Under the pieces are notes generated by a model. That model worked only from the letters and a program-made list of their open reading frames with translations. It did not search any database and was not told where the DNA came from. Positions 19,449 to 30,324 of a stretch of 32,581 nt of DNA are shown here, piece by piece. Location: positions 1-32,581 of the forward strand of contig JAWOID010000080.1 in the NCBI GenBank assembly GCA_046484865.1, read 5' to 3'. Source of the stretch: Candidatus Krumholzibacteriia bacterium. GTDB lineage: Bacteria; Krumholzibacteriota; Krumholzibacteriia; LZORAL124-64-63. The position numbers and the translations under genes were made by a program. Position 1 is the stretch's first letter; each line of letters begins with the position of its first letter.

Positions 19449-19619
19449 CGTCCCGGTCCTTTCCGCCCTGCGCCATGGTGCTCCGGCACCGGCTCCGGAG
19501 ACGGCGGCCCACCATCCCGCCTGGGCTCCTGCCCGCGCATGGCTTATGCTCGACGAGAACGGTCCCCGACCCGTCGGTCGTGACCGCCCGCCGGTCACCA
19601 CATCGTCCAGGAGAAGGTC

Positions 19620-20900
19620 ATGGTCGCTGACGGTCGCGTCAACGAGTTCTATCGCGACTTCGATGCGGAGGCGCCGGTGCCCGAGGCGCCCGACTTCCGC
19701 GGCGCGTTCCAGCGTGCCCGCGACCGGCTCGTCCACAACAGCTCGTTCCGGCGCCTGCAGAGCAAGACCCAGGTGTTCCTGTCGGGCGAGTACGACTTCT
19801 ACCGCACCCGCCTCACCCACTCCATCGAGGTGGCGCAGATCGCCGGCTCGCTCACTCGCTGGCTGAACCATGACAGCGACGAGCTCGGCCCCGGCTTCCA
19901 CGTCGACGTCGCCCTCTGCGAGGCCGCCGCCCTCGCGCACGACATCGGCCACCCGCCCTTCGGCCATGCCGGCGAGGGCACTCTGCACCGCCTGATGCGC
20001 CCCCATGGAGGTTTCGAGGGCAATGCCCAGACGTTGCGTCTGATCACCGAGACGATCTTCACCAGCGGCCGCTCGGCGCGCCGCGGCCTGAACCCTCCGC
20101 GGGCGCTCATCGACGCCGTGCTCAAGTACAAGACACTGCACGGCGAGGCGCCCGACGCCGGCCGTCACTACCTCTACGACGACCAGCGACGCTTCGTCGA
20201 CTTCGTGTGCGGCGGCCGGCCGTTCCCGGAGGACCTGCCCGCCGGTCCCGCGCGCAACGGTTTCCGCAGCGTCGAGTGTCAGATCATGGACTGGGCCGAC
20301 GACGTGGCCTACTCGGTGAACGATCTGGTCGACGGGGTGAACGCCGGCTTCGTCTCGATCCGGCGGCTCGAGGGCTGGGCGGCGGAGAACGCCCTCGATC
20401 GCGAGCAAGTCAGCCACGTGGAGAGGCTCCTGGCCGCCATCCGCGAGGGGCTCATGGAGCGCCGGATGAACCGCAAGATCGGCGCGTTCGTCGAGGGCTG
20501 CGGGCTGGCGCGTCGCACGACGTTCCTGAGCGACCTGACGCACCGCCACGCCTTCGAGCTGGTGGTGCCCGAACCCCTGCGGCGCGAGCAGAAGCTCTAC
20601 AACCGGATCGCCACCGATCTCGTCTTCCGGTCGCCACAGGTCTGCCAGCTCGAGCACAAGGGCCGCGTGATGCTCACGCGGATCTTCCGCACCCTCGAGG
20701 ACCATTACATCACCGAGGCGGAGCCGCGGCTCGTCCTGCTGTCGCGCGACTACGAGCGCGAGATCGCCGGCGCCGCCGACGCGAGCGGCCGGGCGCGCAT
20801 CATCTGCGACTATCTCGCAGGGATGACCGACGGCTACGCCGCACGCATCTACAAGCGGCTCTTCGATCCGGACTTCGGGTCGATCGTCGATCTGGTGTGA
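19620..20900 (+). CDS. dgt: Deoxyguanosinetriphosphate triphosphohydrolase (HD domain), 426 aa
   Basis: RDRL..S.SFRRLQSKTQVF, RTRLTHSIEV, HDIGHPPFGHAGE, FEGNAQ, ADDVAY, DYLAGMTD.YA. Confidence 0.95.
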   Translation: MVADGRVNEFYRDFDAEAPVPEAPDFRGAFQRARDRLVHNSSFRRLQSKTQVFLSGEYDFYRTRLTHSIEVAQIAGSLTRWLNHDSDELGPGFHVDVALCEAAALAHDIGHPPFGHAGEGTLHRLMRPHGGFEGNAQTLRLITETIFTSGRSARRGLNPPRALIDAVLKYKTLHGEAPDAGRHYLYDDQRRFVDFVCGGRPFPEDLPAGPARNGFRSVECQIMDWADDVAYSVNDLVDGVNAGFVSIRRLEGWAAENALDREQVSHVERLLAAIREGLMERRMNRKIGAFVEGCGLARRTTFLSDLTHRHAFELVVPEPLRREQKLYNRIATDLVFRSPQVCQLEHKGRVMLTRIFRTLEDHYITEAEPRLVLLSRDYEREIAGAADASGRARIICDYLAGMTDGYAARIYKRLFDPDFGSIVDLV

Positions 20901-20916
20901 CGCCGGCGCGCCCGGT

Positions 20917-22770
20917 TCACTCCACCCCCACCCGATGGTTGTGCTGCTGGAGGATGGCCGCCAGGTCGGCGCCCGTGATCGTCTCCTTCTCCAGCAGCAG
21001 CTCGGCGCCGGCGCGGAGGGCGTCCTCCCGGTCGCGCAGCACCTCCACCGCCCGGCGATACTGGCCGTCGAGGATGCGCTTCACCGCCAGGTCCACGTCG
21101 CGCGCGGTGCGCTCGCTGTGGCGCCGCTGGCCCATCCACTCGTCGCCGCCCAGAAAGGGCGAGCCGCCCCGGGGCTTCAGGTAGGGGTGGCCGACGTTCT
21201 CGTCCATGCCGTACTCGGTGACCATGGCGAAGGCGATGTCGGTGGCCTTCTGGAGGTCGTTGTGCGCTCCGGTGGAGATCTCGCTGCAGCACACCTCCTC
21301 GGCGGCGCGACCGCCGAGGGCCATGGCGATCTTCCCCTCCAGCTCGCGCTTGCTCATGAGGAAGCGCTCCTCGGTGGGGATGTTCAGGGTGTAGCCGAGG
21401 GCCGCCACGCCGCGGGGCACGATCGTGATCTTCTGCACGCGGTCCGCCCCCGCGAGCGTGAGCCCCAGGATGGCGTGCCCGATCTCGTGGAAGGCCACCA
21501 CCCGACGCTCGTCCGGGGTGATCACCCGGTTCTTCTTCTCGAGCCCCCCCACGATGCGTTCGATGGCCTCCTGCAGATCGTCCTTCTCCACGCGCTGCTT
21601 GCCGCGACGCACCGCCACCAGCGCGCCTTCGTTGACGAGGTTCGCCAGATCGGCGCCCACCATGCCCGCGGTCATGGCGGCGATCTCCTCGAGCTTCAGC
21701 TCCGGATCGTGCTTCACGTCCTTCAGGTGCACGCGGAGGATGGCCTCGCGCCCGTTCTTGTCGGGGCGGTCCACCAGGATCTGCCGGTCGAAGCGGCCCG
21801 GGCGCAGCAGGGCGCGGTCGAGGCTCTCGGGCCGGTTGGTGGCGCCCATGATCACCACCGCGTGGCGAGGGTCGAAGCCGTCCATCTCGGCCAGGAGCTG
21901 GTTGAGGGTCTGCTCCCGCTCGTCGTGGCCGCCCCCGAAACCGCCGGGACCGCCGCGCGCCTTGCCGAGGGCGTCCAACTCGTCGATGAAGATGATGCAG
22001 GGCGACTGCTTCTTGGCCTGCTCGAACATGTCGCGCACGCGGGCGGCGCCCATGCCCACGAACATCTCCACGAACTCCGAGCCGCTGGTGGAGAAGAAGG
22101 TGACGTTGCTCTCGCCCGCGACGGCTCGCGCGAGCAGCGTCTTGCCGGTGCCCGGCGGCCCCACCAGCAGCACTCCCTTGGGCAGCTTGGCCCCGATGCT
22201 CGCGTATCGTCCCGAGTGCGTCAGGAAGTCGACCACCTCCACCAGTTCGGCTTTCGCCTCATCCACCCCCGCCACGTCCTCGAAGGTGACGCCGGTGTCG
22301 CTCTCCTGGTAGATCTTGGCCCGGTTCTTCCCGAGGTTCAGCATGCCCCGCTGGGCCTTGCCCAGCCGCATGAAGATGAAGTACCAGATCGCCCCCAGCA
22401 GCAGGATGGGGATGACCCAGCTCAGCAGGTTCGTGAAGAAGGTGTCCTCCACCACGCCCCGGAACTCGACGCCGGCCTCCTCGAGCCGAGCGGTGAGGTC
22501 GCGGTCCTCCACGCGGACGGCGCGGAAGTCGCGCACCTCGGGTTCGGCCGCCGGATCATCCCCCTCGGGCAGCACCTCCAGCTTACCCTTGACGTGATTG
22601 GTGGTGAGGGTCGCCTCCCGCACCCGCCCTTCCTCCAGCGCCGCGAGGAACTCGCTGTAGGGCAAGGTCTTCACGACCCCGGTGACGAAGAGGTTGTGCA
22701 CGATCAGCACGATCCAGAACGCGAGGAAGACGTAGAAGATGGAGAATCGCTTGCGGTTGTTGCCTTCCAC
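20917..22770 (-). CDS. ftsH: ATP-dependent zinc metalloprotease FtsH, 617 aa
   Basis: Two TMs, Walker [16 protein letters not shown] pore loop, Walker [25 protein letters not shown] zinc motif. Confidence 0.97.
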   Translation of the reverse strand: MEGNNRKRFSIFYVFLAFWIVLIVHNLFVTGVVKTLPYSEFLAALEEGRVREATLTTNHVKGKLEVLPEGDDPAAEPEVRDFRAVRVEDRDLTARLEEAGVEFRGVVEDTFFTNLLSWVIPILLLGAIWYFIFMRLGKAQRGMLNLGKNRAKIYQESDTGVTFEDVAGVDEAKAELVEVVDFLTHSGRYASIGAKLPKGVLLVGPPGTGKTLLARAVAGESNVTFFSTSGSEFVEMFVGMGAARVRDMFEQAKKQSPCIIFIDELDALGKARGGPGGFGGGHDEREQTLNQLLAEMDGFDPRHAVVIMGATNRPESLDRALLRPGRFDRQILVDRPDKNGREAILRVHLKDVKHDPELKLEEIAAMTAGMVGADLANLVNEGALVAVRRGKQRVEKDDLQEAIERIVGGLEKKNRVITPDERRVVAFHEIGHAILGLTLAGADRVQKITIVPRGVAALGYTLNIPTEERFLMSKRELEGKIAMALGGRAAEEVCCSEISTGAHNDLQKATDIAFAMVTEYGMDENVGHPYLKPRGGSPFLGGDEWMGQRRHSERTARDVDLAVKRILDGQYRRAVEVLRDREDALRAGAELLLEKETITGADLAAILQQHNHRVGVE

Positions 22771-23000
22771 GGCTCACGCTCCGGGGTGGGCGCCCGTCGG
22801 GTCGCTCGGCGCGGGAACGCGGCCCCGCGTGCGTTCGCTGCCCAAGGTAAGGAGGAAGGAGGAGGACCGCGACGCCCGCGGGCCGGCCGGATTCACCTCC
22901 GGCGGATGACCGTTTTCGCCCCCTCGGCTGCCTCCGAGGTGGTAGAATGGAGGACTCGGGCGCACCACGGACGTGTCCACGACAGCACGAGGAGGACCCC

Positions 23001-23447
23001 ATGAAACATGGCTCACGTCAGCAGGTTTCGCGCAGGATGGTGATCGTCGCCCTGGCGCTGCTGCTCGCCCCGGCGTTCGCGGCAGCCCATGAATTGACCG
23101 CACCGGAGGTGGTCGTCGCCGACGGGGACGGCAACTTCACCTTCGACGTGACGCTGGAGGTCACCGCGGCGGCCGGAGACGGTGCGATCGACATCGAGAC
23201 CGAGAACACCGACCTGTACCAGGTCCACATCGACGGATTCTGCCTGTCCACGCTGGAGCCCGGCAGCCAGGTGCACACGGTGACCGGCTCGTTGCTGAAT
23301 CCCGCAGCGAACGGGCTCATCGTGTACACCCGCTCGCTCTGCGACGGATTCGAGGCCACGGTCAGCACGCTGATCCAGGAACCGGTGGTGAGCACAGGAC
23401 GCGCCGGCCCGTGCTCCTGGAGCGTTCTCAAGACCGTCTACCGCTGA
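23001..23447 (+). CDS. Small secreted beta-rich protein with conserved C-terminal tail, 148 aa
   Basis: RBS GAGGAGGA, signal peptide (...APAFAAA), extended -10-like TGGTAGAAT near 22940; ends SWSVLKTVYR. Confidence 0.75.
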   Translation: MKHGSRQQVSRRMVIVALALLLAPAFAAAHELTAPEVVVADGDGNFTFDVTLEVTAAAGDGAIDIETENTDLYQVHIDGFCLSTLEPGSQVHTVTGSLLNPAANGLIVYTRSLCDGFEATVSTLIQEPVVSTGRAGPCSWSVLKTVYR

Positions 23448-23487
23448 GAGCGGCCGCCGAGCATGGCAGCGCCGGCGCCCCCCGGGG

Positions 23488-25794
23488 CTAGGTGTTCTGC
23501 GAGCGGATCCGGTTCAGCGCCGACCCGTGCCGGAACCAGTCGATCTGCTCGGCGGTCAGCGTGTGGTTGACCGCGAAGTCCTGCTCGCTGCCGTCGGCGT
23601 GGTGCAGCACCACGGTGAGGGAGCGCCCCGGCTCCAGCCGCGCCAGTCCGCGGATGGAGACGCGATCGTCCTCCTGCACTTGGTCGTAATCCGCCGGATC
23701 CGCGAAGGTGAGCGGCAGCACGCCCTGCTTCTTCAGGTTGGTCTCGTGGATCCGCGCGAAGCTGCGCGTGAGCACCGCGGCGGCGCCGAGGTGGCGCGGC
23801 GACATGGCGGCATGCTCGCGGGAGCTGCCCTCGCCGTAGTTCTCGTCCCCCACCACCACCCACCGCTGGCCGCGTTCGCGGTAGTCTCGCGCCACGGCCG
23901 GGACCTCGGCGTAGCCGCCGGTCTCCTGGTTCTTCACCTGGTTGCACTCGCCGTTGAACGCGTTCACCGCCCCGATCAGCATGTTGTTGCTGATGTTGTC
24001 CAGATGGCCCCGGTACTTGAGCCAGGGACCGGCCATCGAGATGTGGTCGGTGGTGCACTTGCCCCGCGCCTTGATCAGCAGCGACAGACGCTCGAGGTCG
24101 CCGCCGTCCCAGGGCTGGAACGGCTCGAGCAGCGCCAGGCGGTCACTGTCGGGCGCCACCTTCACCGTGACCGCCTGCCGGTCCGCCGGCGGCGCGAGGT
24201 AGCCGCTCACGTCACGGACGAAACCGCGCCGCGGAATGTCGTCGGCCGGTCCGGGCGGATCCAGACGCACCTCCTCACCGCTCTGCGATCGGAGGGTGTC
24301 GGTGAGCGGATTGAAGGCCAGGCTGCCCGCCAGGCCATACGCCATGACGATCTCCGGGCTGCCGATGAAGGCGTGCGTCTCGGGGTTGCCGTCGGCGCGC
24401 TTGCGGAAGTTACGGTTGAACGAGGTGACGATGCTGTTGGGAATGCCCGGTTCGATGTCCTCGCGCTGCCACTGCCCGATGCAGGGGCCGCAGGCGTTGG
24501 TGAGCACCGTGGCGCCCACCGACTCCAGCAGGTCCAGGTAACCGTCGCGCCGGATGGTCTGGTAGACCTGCTCCGAGCCCGGCGTGATCCAGAGCGTGCT
24601 CCTCATGCGCACGCCCCGGTCGTGCGCCTGCCGCGCCACGTCTGCGGCGCGCATGATGTCCTCGTAGCTGCTGTTCGTGCAGCTGCCGATCAGGGCGGCG
24701 GTCACCTGCTCGGGGTAGCCCTCGCGCGCCGCGTCGGCCGCCATCCGGCTGACGGGGTGGGCGATGTCCGGCGAGTGCGGCCCCACCAGGTGCGGCTCCA
24801 GGGTGGAGAGATCGATCTCGACCACCTGGTCGTAGAACCGCTCGGGATCCGCCAGCACCTCGGCATCGGCGGTCAAGAGGTCGCGGGCATCGTCGGCCAG
24901 CTCCGCCAGCTCCGCTCGCCCGGTCGCCCGCAGGTAGTCGCCCATGCGTTCATCGTAGGGGAAGATGCTGGTGGTGGCGCCCAGCTCCGCGCCCATGTTG
25001 GTGATGGTGGCCTTGCCCGTGCAGCTCAGCGCGGCGCAGCCGTCGCCGAAGTACTCCACGATGTGGTTGGTGCCGCCTTTCACCGTCAGCAGACCGAGCA
25101 GCTTGAGGATGACGTCCTTGGGCGCCGTCCAGCCGCTGAGCGCCCCGGTCAGCCTGACGCCGATCAGCCGCGGATGCTTCACCTCCCAGGGCATGCCGAC
25201 CATCACGTCCACCGCGTCGGCGCCGCCCACGCCGATGGCCGCCATGCCGAGGCCGCCGCCGTTCGGGGTGTGGCTGTCGGTGCCGATGATCAGACCGCCG
25301 GGGAAGGCGTAGTTCTCCAGCACGATCTGGTGGATGATCCCCGACCCGGGCTTCCAGAAGCCCATGCCGTAGCGCGCCGCGGCGCTCTGAAGGAAATCGT
25401 ACACCTCGCGGTTCGTCTCCAGCGCCGCCGCCCGGTCCTGTTCGGCGCCGCGATGGGCCAGCAGCAGGTGATCGCAGTGGACGGTGGTGGGAACGGCGGT
25501 CCGGTCACGGCCGGCCATCACGAACTGCAGGATGGCCATCTGCGCGGTGGCGTCCTGCATGGCCACCCGGTCGGGGCGCAGGCGCAGCGTGGCCTCGCCC
25601 CGGGCCAGTTCCTGGCCCTGGGGATCGTCGAGATGGCCGAAGACCACCTTCTCGGCCAGCGTGAGCGGCCGTCCCAGCCGATCCCGCACCACCGCGAGTC
25701 TCGTGCGGGTGCGCTCGTAGACGCCCCTGACCATCGCCGGCGTCGTCTCGATCTCCACCGTGCCGCTGGGCACCACCGTGTCGCTTCGCGCCAT
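23488..25794 (-). CDS. Aconitate hydratase, mitochondrial-like type, 768 aa
   Basis: [29 protein letters not shown], Fe-S ligands [10 protein letters not shown] and [34 protein letters not shown] 25794 after GGAGGA. Confidence 0.95.
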   Translation of the reverse strand: MARSDTVVPSGTVEIETTPAMVRGVYERTRTRLAVVRDRLGRPLTLAEKVVFGHLDDPQGQELARGEATLRLRPDRVAMQDATAQMAILQFVMAGRDRTAVPTTVHCDHLLLAHRGAEQDRAAALETNREVYDFLQSAAARYGMGFWKPGSGIIHQIVLENYAFPGGLIIGTDSHTPNGGGLGMAAIGVGGADAVDVMVGMPWEVKHPRLIGVRLTGALSGWTAPKDVILKLLGLLTVKGGTNHIVEYFGDGCAALSCTGKATITNMGAELGATTSIFPYDERMGDYLRATGRAELAELADDARDLLTADAEVLADPERFYDQVVEIDLSTLEPHLVGPHSPDIAHPVSRMAADAAREGYPEQVTAALIGSCTNSSYEDIMRAADVARQAHDRGVRMRSTLWITPGSEQVYQTIRRDGYLDLLESVGATVLTNACGPCIGQWQREDIEPGIPNSIVTSFNRNFRKRADGNPETHAFIGSPEIVMAYGLAGSLAFNPLTDTLRSQSGEEVRLDPPGPADDIPRRGFVRDVSGYLAPPADRQAVTVKVAPDSDRLALLEPFQPWDGGDLERLSLLIKARGKCTTDHISMAGPWLKYRGHLDNISNNMLIGAVNAFNGECNQVKNQETGGYAEVPAVARDYRERGQRWVVVGDENYGEGSSREHAAMSPRHLGAAAVLTRSFARIHETNLKKQGVLPLTFADPADYDQVQEDDRVSIRGLARLEPGRSLTVVLHHADGSEQDFAVNHTLTAEQIDWFRHGSALNRIRSQNT

Positions 25795-25963
25795 CGTCGT
25801 CCATCCTCCAGGCTGTCGCGGTGACCGATCGGCGGCCGCGGGCCGCCTGGCGTCGCGGGCACGCACGGGCGACTCGGCCGCGTGGCGGCGGCGATGATAG
25901 CACCGGCTCCCGCGCCAGTCATCATCCGAGCCGGCGCCGCCGGAACGGCAGGCGCCTCGCGGC

Positions 25964-26428
25964 TCACTCCACCATCGTCTCGTGGACGAGCACCGAGCCG
26001 TCGGGCTGGTGCACGGTCACCGTGAAGAGCCCGGCCGGCAAGGGGCCCACCCGGTAGATCTCGCCCTCCAGCCACACGTTCCGGGGCTCGCAGTGCTGGT
26101 CGGCTCGTCGCTGGTAGTGCGTCCACAGGGTCAGGTCGACGCCGTGGTCCCGCAGCTCGTCCTCGAAACCCTCGAATCGGTGGCACGCGTTGGGTCCCAC
26201 CCAGCCCCAGAACCGCACCGCCAGAGTGTCGCCGGGAGCGGCGGTCGCGGGCGCCGCCAGGCTGTCGACCTCGATGACGTAGTGCTGCGAGAACGCCTCC
26301 GGAGACGTCCCGTCGCTGCAACCGTTGAGGCCGGCGAAGCTGCCGGCGGCAGCCGCGGCCAGGATGAGGGCCGGCAGCCCCGGCCAGACGCCGGTCGTGC
26401 GTCGACCTGTGCGCATCATCCGATCCAT
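25964..26428 (-). CDS. Putative lipoprotein, function unknown, about 154 aa
   Basis: Basic N-region, hydrophobic stretch ending LNGC, beta-rich body with two further Cys; start uncertain (26428/26419/26416). Confidence 0.65.
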   Translation of the reverse strand: MDRMMRTGRRTTGVWPGLPALILAAAAAGSFAGLNGCSDGTSPEAFSQHYVIEVDSLAAPATAAPGDTLAVRFWGWVGPNACHRFEGFEDELRDHGVDLTLWTHYQRRADQHCEPRNVWLEGEIYRVGPLPAGLFTVTVHQPDGSVLVHETMVE

Positions 26429-26543
26429 GATCAGACCTCGAGGGGGTGGGGGGCGGGGTGGCATGAAGATAGGCCCGGGCACCGCTGGTGATCAACCGGC
26501 GGCGGCCGATCCTGGTGAGATCGGCGTTTCGCCAGGCGAAACC

Positions 26544-27029
26544 TCAGATGAAGGTGCGCAGGATGTCCTTCTGCAGGCCGGCGAGTTGCCCCTCGGCAGC
26601 CTCGATCTGGGCGATCTTCTCCTGGAGCGCCTTGAACAGGAAGCGCTTCTCGAGCGCGTTGCGCAGCACCAGCAGGAGGTTGTCGTTGTCCCAGGGTTTC
26701 TCGATGTACTGGAAGAGCCCCACCTCGTTGATGCCCTTGATGGCGTTCTCCTTGTCGGCATAGCCGGTCAGGAGGATCCGCGGCGCATGGGGTTGCAGTT
26801 CGCGCAAGTGCCCCAGCAAGGCGATGCCGTCCATCTCCGGCATGAGGTAGTCGGAAACCGCCACGTCCACCGTCTCCTGCTGCGCGAAGCGGAGAGCCTC
26901 GCGCGGATCGGTGAAGGTGCGCACGTCGTGATCGGTCTCCAGGCTCAGGAACGAGGCGAGACTGGAGAGCACCATCTTCTCGTCGTCCACGATCAGGACT
27001 CGGGCCTGGCCGTCGCGCTGGTCGCTCAT
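26544..27029 (-). CDS. Response-regulator receiver with C-terminal coiled-coil tail, 161 aa
   Basis: LIVDDE, VSDYLMPEMDG, ILLTGY, YIEKPW; no DNA-binding domain. Confidence 0.9.
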   Translation of the reverse strand: MSDQRDGQARVLIVDDEKMVLSSLASFLSLETDHDVRTFTDPREALRFAQQETVDVAVSDYLMPEMDGIALLGHLRELQPHAPRILLTGYADKENAIKGINEVGLFQYIEKPWDNDNLLLVLRNALEKRFLFKALQEKIAQIEAAEGQLAGLQKDILRTFI

Positions 27030-27042
27030 GAAAGGCTCCCGG

Positions 27043-30000
27043 TCAGTGGACCCGCTCCGCCAGGGCACGCAGCCGGTGGGCCATGGCGCGCATGATTCCC
27101 TGGGCGATCTGGACCTGGTCGGCGAGCAGGTCGGCGAAATCCTCGCGGTCGATGCGCAGCAGGCGCGCTTCGTCGAGCACCGTCGCGGTGACCACTCGCG
27201 GCTGATCGTCCAGCAGCGCCCAGGTGCCGAAGGGCGTCATCGGCTCGGCCACCGCGAGGTCGCGCCCGCCCTGGTGCAGCCGGACGTGTCCCTCGAGCAC
27301 GAGGTAGAGCGCATCGGGGACATCGTTCTCACGGTAGACGACGTCGCCCGGCAAGTGTTCCACCTCCTCGGCGATCGCCGCCAGCGCCGCCAGCTGGCTG
27401 GTCGGCACGTCGTGGAAGAGATCCACGTGCTGGAGGAACAGGACCTTCTCGAAGACGCTCAGCATGCCGGTCTCCTCGCGCCGCTCGCGGCCGAGCCGCC
27501 AGCGCGCCGTCTCCGCCACCAGGGGCTCGCCGGATCCGGCCGCCGCGGCCACGGCTCGCCACACCGGCGCCGGGTCGCTCGAACGGCAGGCCGCGATGGC
27601 GCAGCAGCGCAGCCAGGTCTCGTCGCCGCTCAGCAGCGCCTGCAGCGCCCCGGCGCGGTCGCGGATGCCCAGCGCGAACAGCCCCGCGGCCTCGTCCTGG
27701 GTCCGCCGGCCCTCGGGTTCATCCACCAGAGGCAGTACGAAACGCTTGATCTCGCCGTCGAGCAAGTTGTCGAGGAACTCCTGGGCGCTGGCGCGCAGCA
27801 CCCGGCGGCCGCTGACCAGGCCCTGGTAGGCGCTGGCGATGTCCTGCTGCGGATAGAGCAGCCCGAGCAGGCGGAAAACGCTCTCCAGGTGGAGACGCTG
27901 GGCCTCGGCGAGCGCGCGCTCGAGGAGCCGTTCGCCGGCGCGGACGTCGCCGCGCGTCGCGGCGCCCGGCGGTCCGCCGTCCCCACCACTCCCGCCTTCC
28001 CGGTCGCCGCCGGACTCCTCGTCCCACCGCACCAGCCGCGCGATCCGCCACGCCCGGAAGTAACGTTCGGCGTGCCGCACCACCTCCCGCTCCACGCGGT
28101 CGCGGTCGAACCGCAGGTGGGGATGCCGGCTGCGCAGCCGGCTCAAGGCGCGCAGCACCTCGTGACGCAGGACGTCGCTGCGGCGACCGAAGGTCTCCAG
28201 CAGGTACTCGACGACCGCCTGCTCGGGGATGGCGGCCAGGATCGCCGGGATATTGCCCCTCACCACGTAGGAACGCTGCCGGTCCTCGAACACCGCCGCC
28301 AGCTCGGGCAGGATGTCCGCGCCGAACCGCGCCAGCGCCGCCCGGGCCACCGGGCGGTAACGCCGATCGGCCAGGCGCTCCACCAGGAGGGGCACCCAGG
28401 AGCGCAGGCGCCGGCGGCCCAGCGTCTCGAGGGCGACGCGCACGACGGCGGGATCCGCGTCCGCCACCAGGCGTTGCAGGATGCGCTCCTCGTCGCGTGC
28501 CGGATGGGCGCCCAGCGCGGCGGCCAGGGCTGCCCGTCCGGCCGAACCGGCGGCGCCCGGCGTGTCGAGGATCACGTCCGCGGGTACGGTGTCCAGCAGT
28601 GCGGCCTCGGACTGCCCGCCGTGCCGGGCGAGGCAGAGCAGCGCGGCGTCGCGGCGCGCGGAACGGCCCTCGACGAGAGCTTCCGCCAGCACCTCCGGCA
28701 GCCCTCCGGGGGCGGCGGTCCCGAGCACGCGCAGCGCCTCGCACCGGACGTCGGCGTCGGGGTCGTCCGCCAGACGCACCGCGGCGGCGGCGGCGGCGGC
28801 AGGGTCGGCGACCGCCAGCGTCTCGAGGGCCTGGCGTCGCACCGCGGCGTCCTCGTGCTCCAGCAGGGGCTTCACCGCCGCCCCCAGCCGCGGGTCGCGC
28901 GCCTCGTGCAGCAATTCGAGCGCATAGACGATCTCGCGCGCCTGGTCGGTATCGAGAGACACCAGCAGCAGGTCCATGGCGCGGCGGTCCTGCCAGCGCA
29001 GCGGCAAGGCCTCCGCCGGCAGCGCCCGGCGCTGGAGAGCGCGACGGAACGACTCGAGATACTCCCGCCGCATGAGTCCGCCGAGCGCCAGCCAGGCGAC
29101 CAGCAGGACCACCGCCACCGCGGCGATCTCGCGCACACCGAAGCCGAGCACCGCCGTCAGGGCCAGCAGCAACAGCCCCGCCACACCGCGCGCCCATCGC
29201 TCCACCAGCGTGTCCACCAGCAGCTTCGTGCGCTTCACCAGTTCCAGCGGCATCGGCAGGAACAGCAGCTCGCGCGCCGTCCGGTCCAGTGAGTGCTTCA
29301 GCGCGAGATCGCTGCCGCGCAGGATCAACGCCGCCGCGTACAGGGGGCCCACCAGCATCAGGAGGCTGCCCGCGAGCAGGACCGACGGCAGGACGAGGAC
29401 CGCCCCGCCGACTCCCAGTCCCCGGATGATCCTGCCCGAGATCAGGGCCTGCACGGCAATCGAGAGCAGGCTCACGCGTCCGTAGAACCGCCCCAGGAAC
29501 GCGGTCAGTTCGCCCCCCTCGGGGTACTCGGCGAAGACCACCGTCTTGAACTGGAAGTCGACGAGAGTGGCCGTGGCCACGGTCAGGCCGATGATCCCCA
29601 CCGTCAGCCTCAGGTGCCGGGAGCCGCGGACCAGACCGACCAGATGGGCCAGGCCGTGACCCTGGTCTGCGGCGAGCCGTCGCCGCCGGGAGACGGGATC
29701 GCGCCGCTCGCCCGCGCCGGCCCGCGCCGTCCGCCAGGCGAACCTCGCCAGCAGCGCACAGAGCGAAAGCACCCCCGCCGACACCCACAGCAAGTCGGCG
29801 GTTGCGAGCCCGGCCCAGCGTACGAGCGCGTTCGTCAGCTCGCCGCCGACGAAGCCGCCGAGAATGCCGCCCAGCGCCAGCACCGTGAACAGGCGCTTGC
29901 CCTGGGCGGCATCGTAGAGGCCGTTGGCCAGCAGCCAGAAGAGGCTGGTGGCCAGGCCACCGCTCACGCCCACCCACGCGTAGAGCAAGTAGATGGTCCA

Positions 30001-30318
30001 CAGCGCGGGTGCGGTCACCAGCAGGCGCAGCGCCAGCAGGCTCGCCACCAGCAGCACGAACGTCAGCTGGACCAGCCGTCCCACCGAGAAGCGCTCACCG
30101 GCCCGCGCGTAGAGCGCCGCTAGCGGCGCCGTGACCACCGCGGTCAGGATGAACACCAGAGGCAGCTGCGCGGGGCTGGCGCGCGTCAGGAACAGGGAGT
30201 CGCGCGCGGGCTTGAGCAGATAGAGAGCGACCAGCAGCAGGAAGTAGCAGAGCACCATCAGGAGCGTCAGGCGGCGCTCGCCGGATCGGATGTCGACGAC
30301 GTGGCGCAGCGCGAACAC
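27043..30318 (-). CDS. NTT/TLC-family nucleotide transporter fused to HEAT repeats and a cyclic-nucleotide-binding domain, 1091 aa
   Basis: N-terminal MFS-like region with LKPARDSLFL, FW..AN, KRLF, DFQFK, RELLFLP...K..VD; HEAT repeats (VRRQAL, VRCEAL, VVRVAL); C-terminal CNB (EKVLFLQHVDLF...GDVVYRE...LYLVLEGHV...FG..ALL...PR). Confidence 0.88.
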   Translation of the reverse strand: MFALRHVVDIRSGERRLTLLMVLCYFLLLVALYLLKPARDSLFLTRASPAQLPLVFILTAVVTAPLAALYARAGERFSVGRLVQLTFVLLVASLLALRLLVTAPALWTIYLLYAWVGVSGGLATSLFWLLANGLYDAAQGKRLFTVLALGGILGGFVGGELTNALVRWAGLATADLLWVSAGVLSLCALLARFAWRTARAGAGERRDPVSRRRRLAADQGHGLAHLVGLVRGSRHLRLTVGIIGLTVATATLVDFQFKTVVFAEYPEGGELTAFLGRFYGRVSLLSIAVQALISGRIIRGLGVGGAVLVLPSVLLAGSLLMLVGPLYAAALILRGSDLALKHSLDRTARELLFLPMPLELVKRTKLLVDTLVERWARGVAGLLLLALTAVLGFGVREIAAVAVVLLVAWLALGGLMRREYLESFRRALQRRALPAEALPLRWQDRRAMDLLLVSLDTDQAREIVYALELLHEARDPRLGAAVKPLLEHEDAAVRRQALETLAVADPAAAAAAAVRLADDPDADVRCEALRVLGTAAPGGLPEVLAEALVEGRSARRDAALLCLARHGGQSEAALLDTVPADVILDTPGAAGSAGRAALAAALGAHPARDEERILQRLVADADPAVVRVALETLGRRRLRSWVPLLVERLADRRYRPVARAALARFGADILPELAAVFEDRQRSYVVRGNIPAILAAIPEQAVVEYLLETFGRRSDVLRHEVLRALSRLRSRHPHLRFDRDRVEREVVRHAERYFRAWRIARLVRWDEESGGDREGGSGGDGGPPGAATRGDVRAGERLLERALAEAQRLHLESVFRLLGLLYPQQDIASAYQGLVSGRRVLRASAQEFLDNLLDGEIKRFVLPLVDEPEGRRTQDEAAGLFALGIRDRAGALQALLSGDETWLRCCAIAACRSSDPAPVWRAVAAAAGSGEPLVAETARWRLGRERREETGMLSVFEKVLFLQHVDLFHDVPTSQLAALAAIAEEVEHLPGDVVYRENDVPDALYLVLEGHVRLHQGGRDLAVAEPMTPFGTWALLDDQPRVVTATVLDEARLLRIDREDFADLLADQVQIAQGIMRAMAHRLRALAERVH

Positions 30319-30324
30319 GACCCG

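Noticed and set aside
19620..20900. Anti-phage dGTPase
   Set aside because: Looks like an ordinary Dgt in a housekeeping context (TrmH, FtsH) with host-like composition and no defence-island neighbours.
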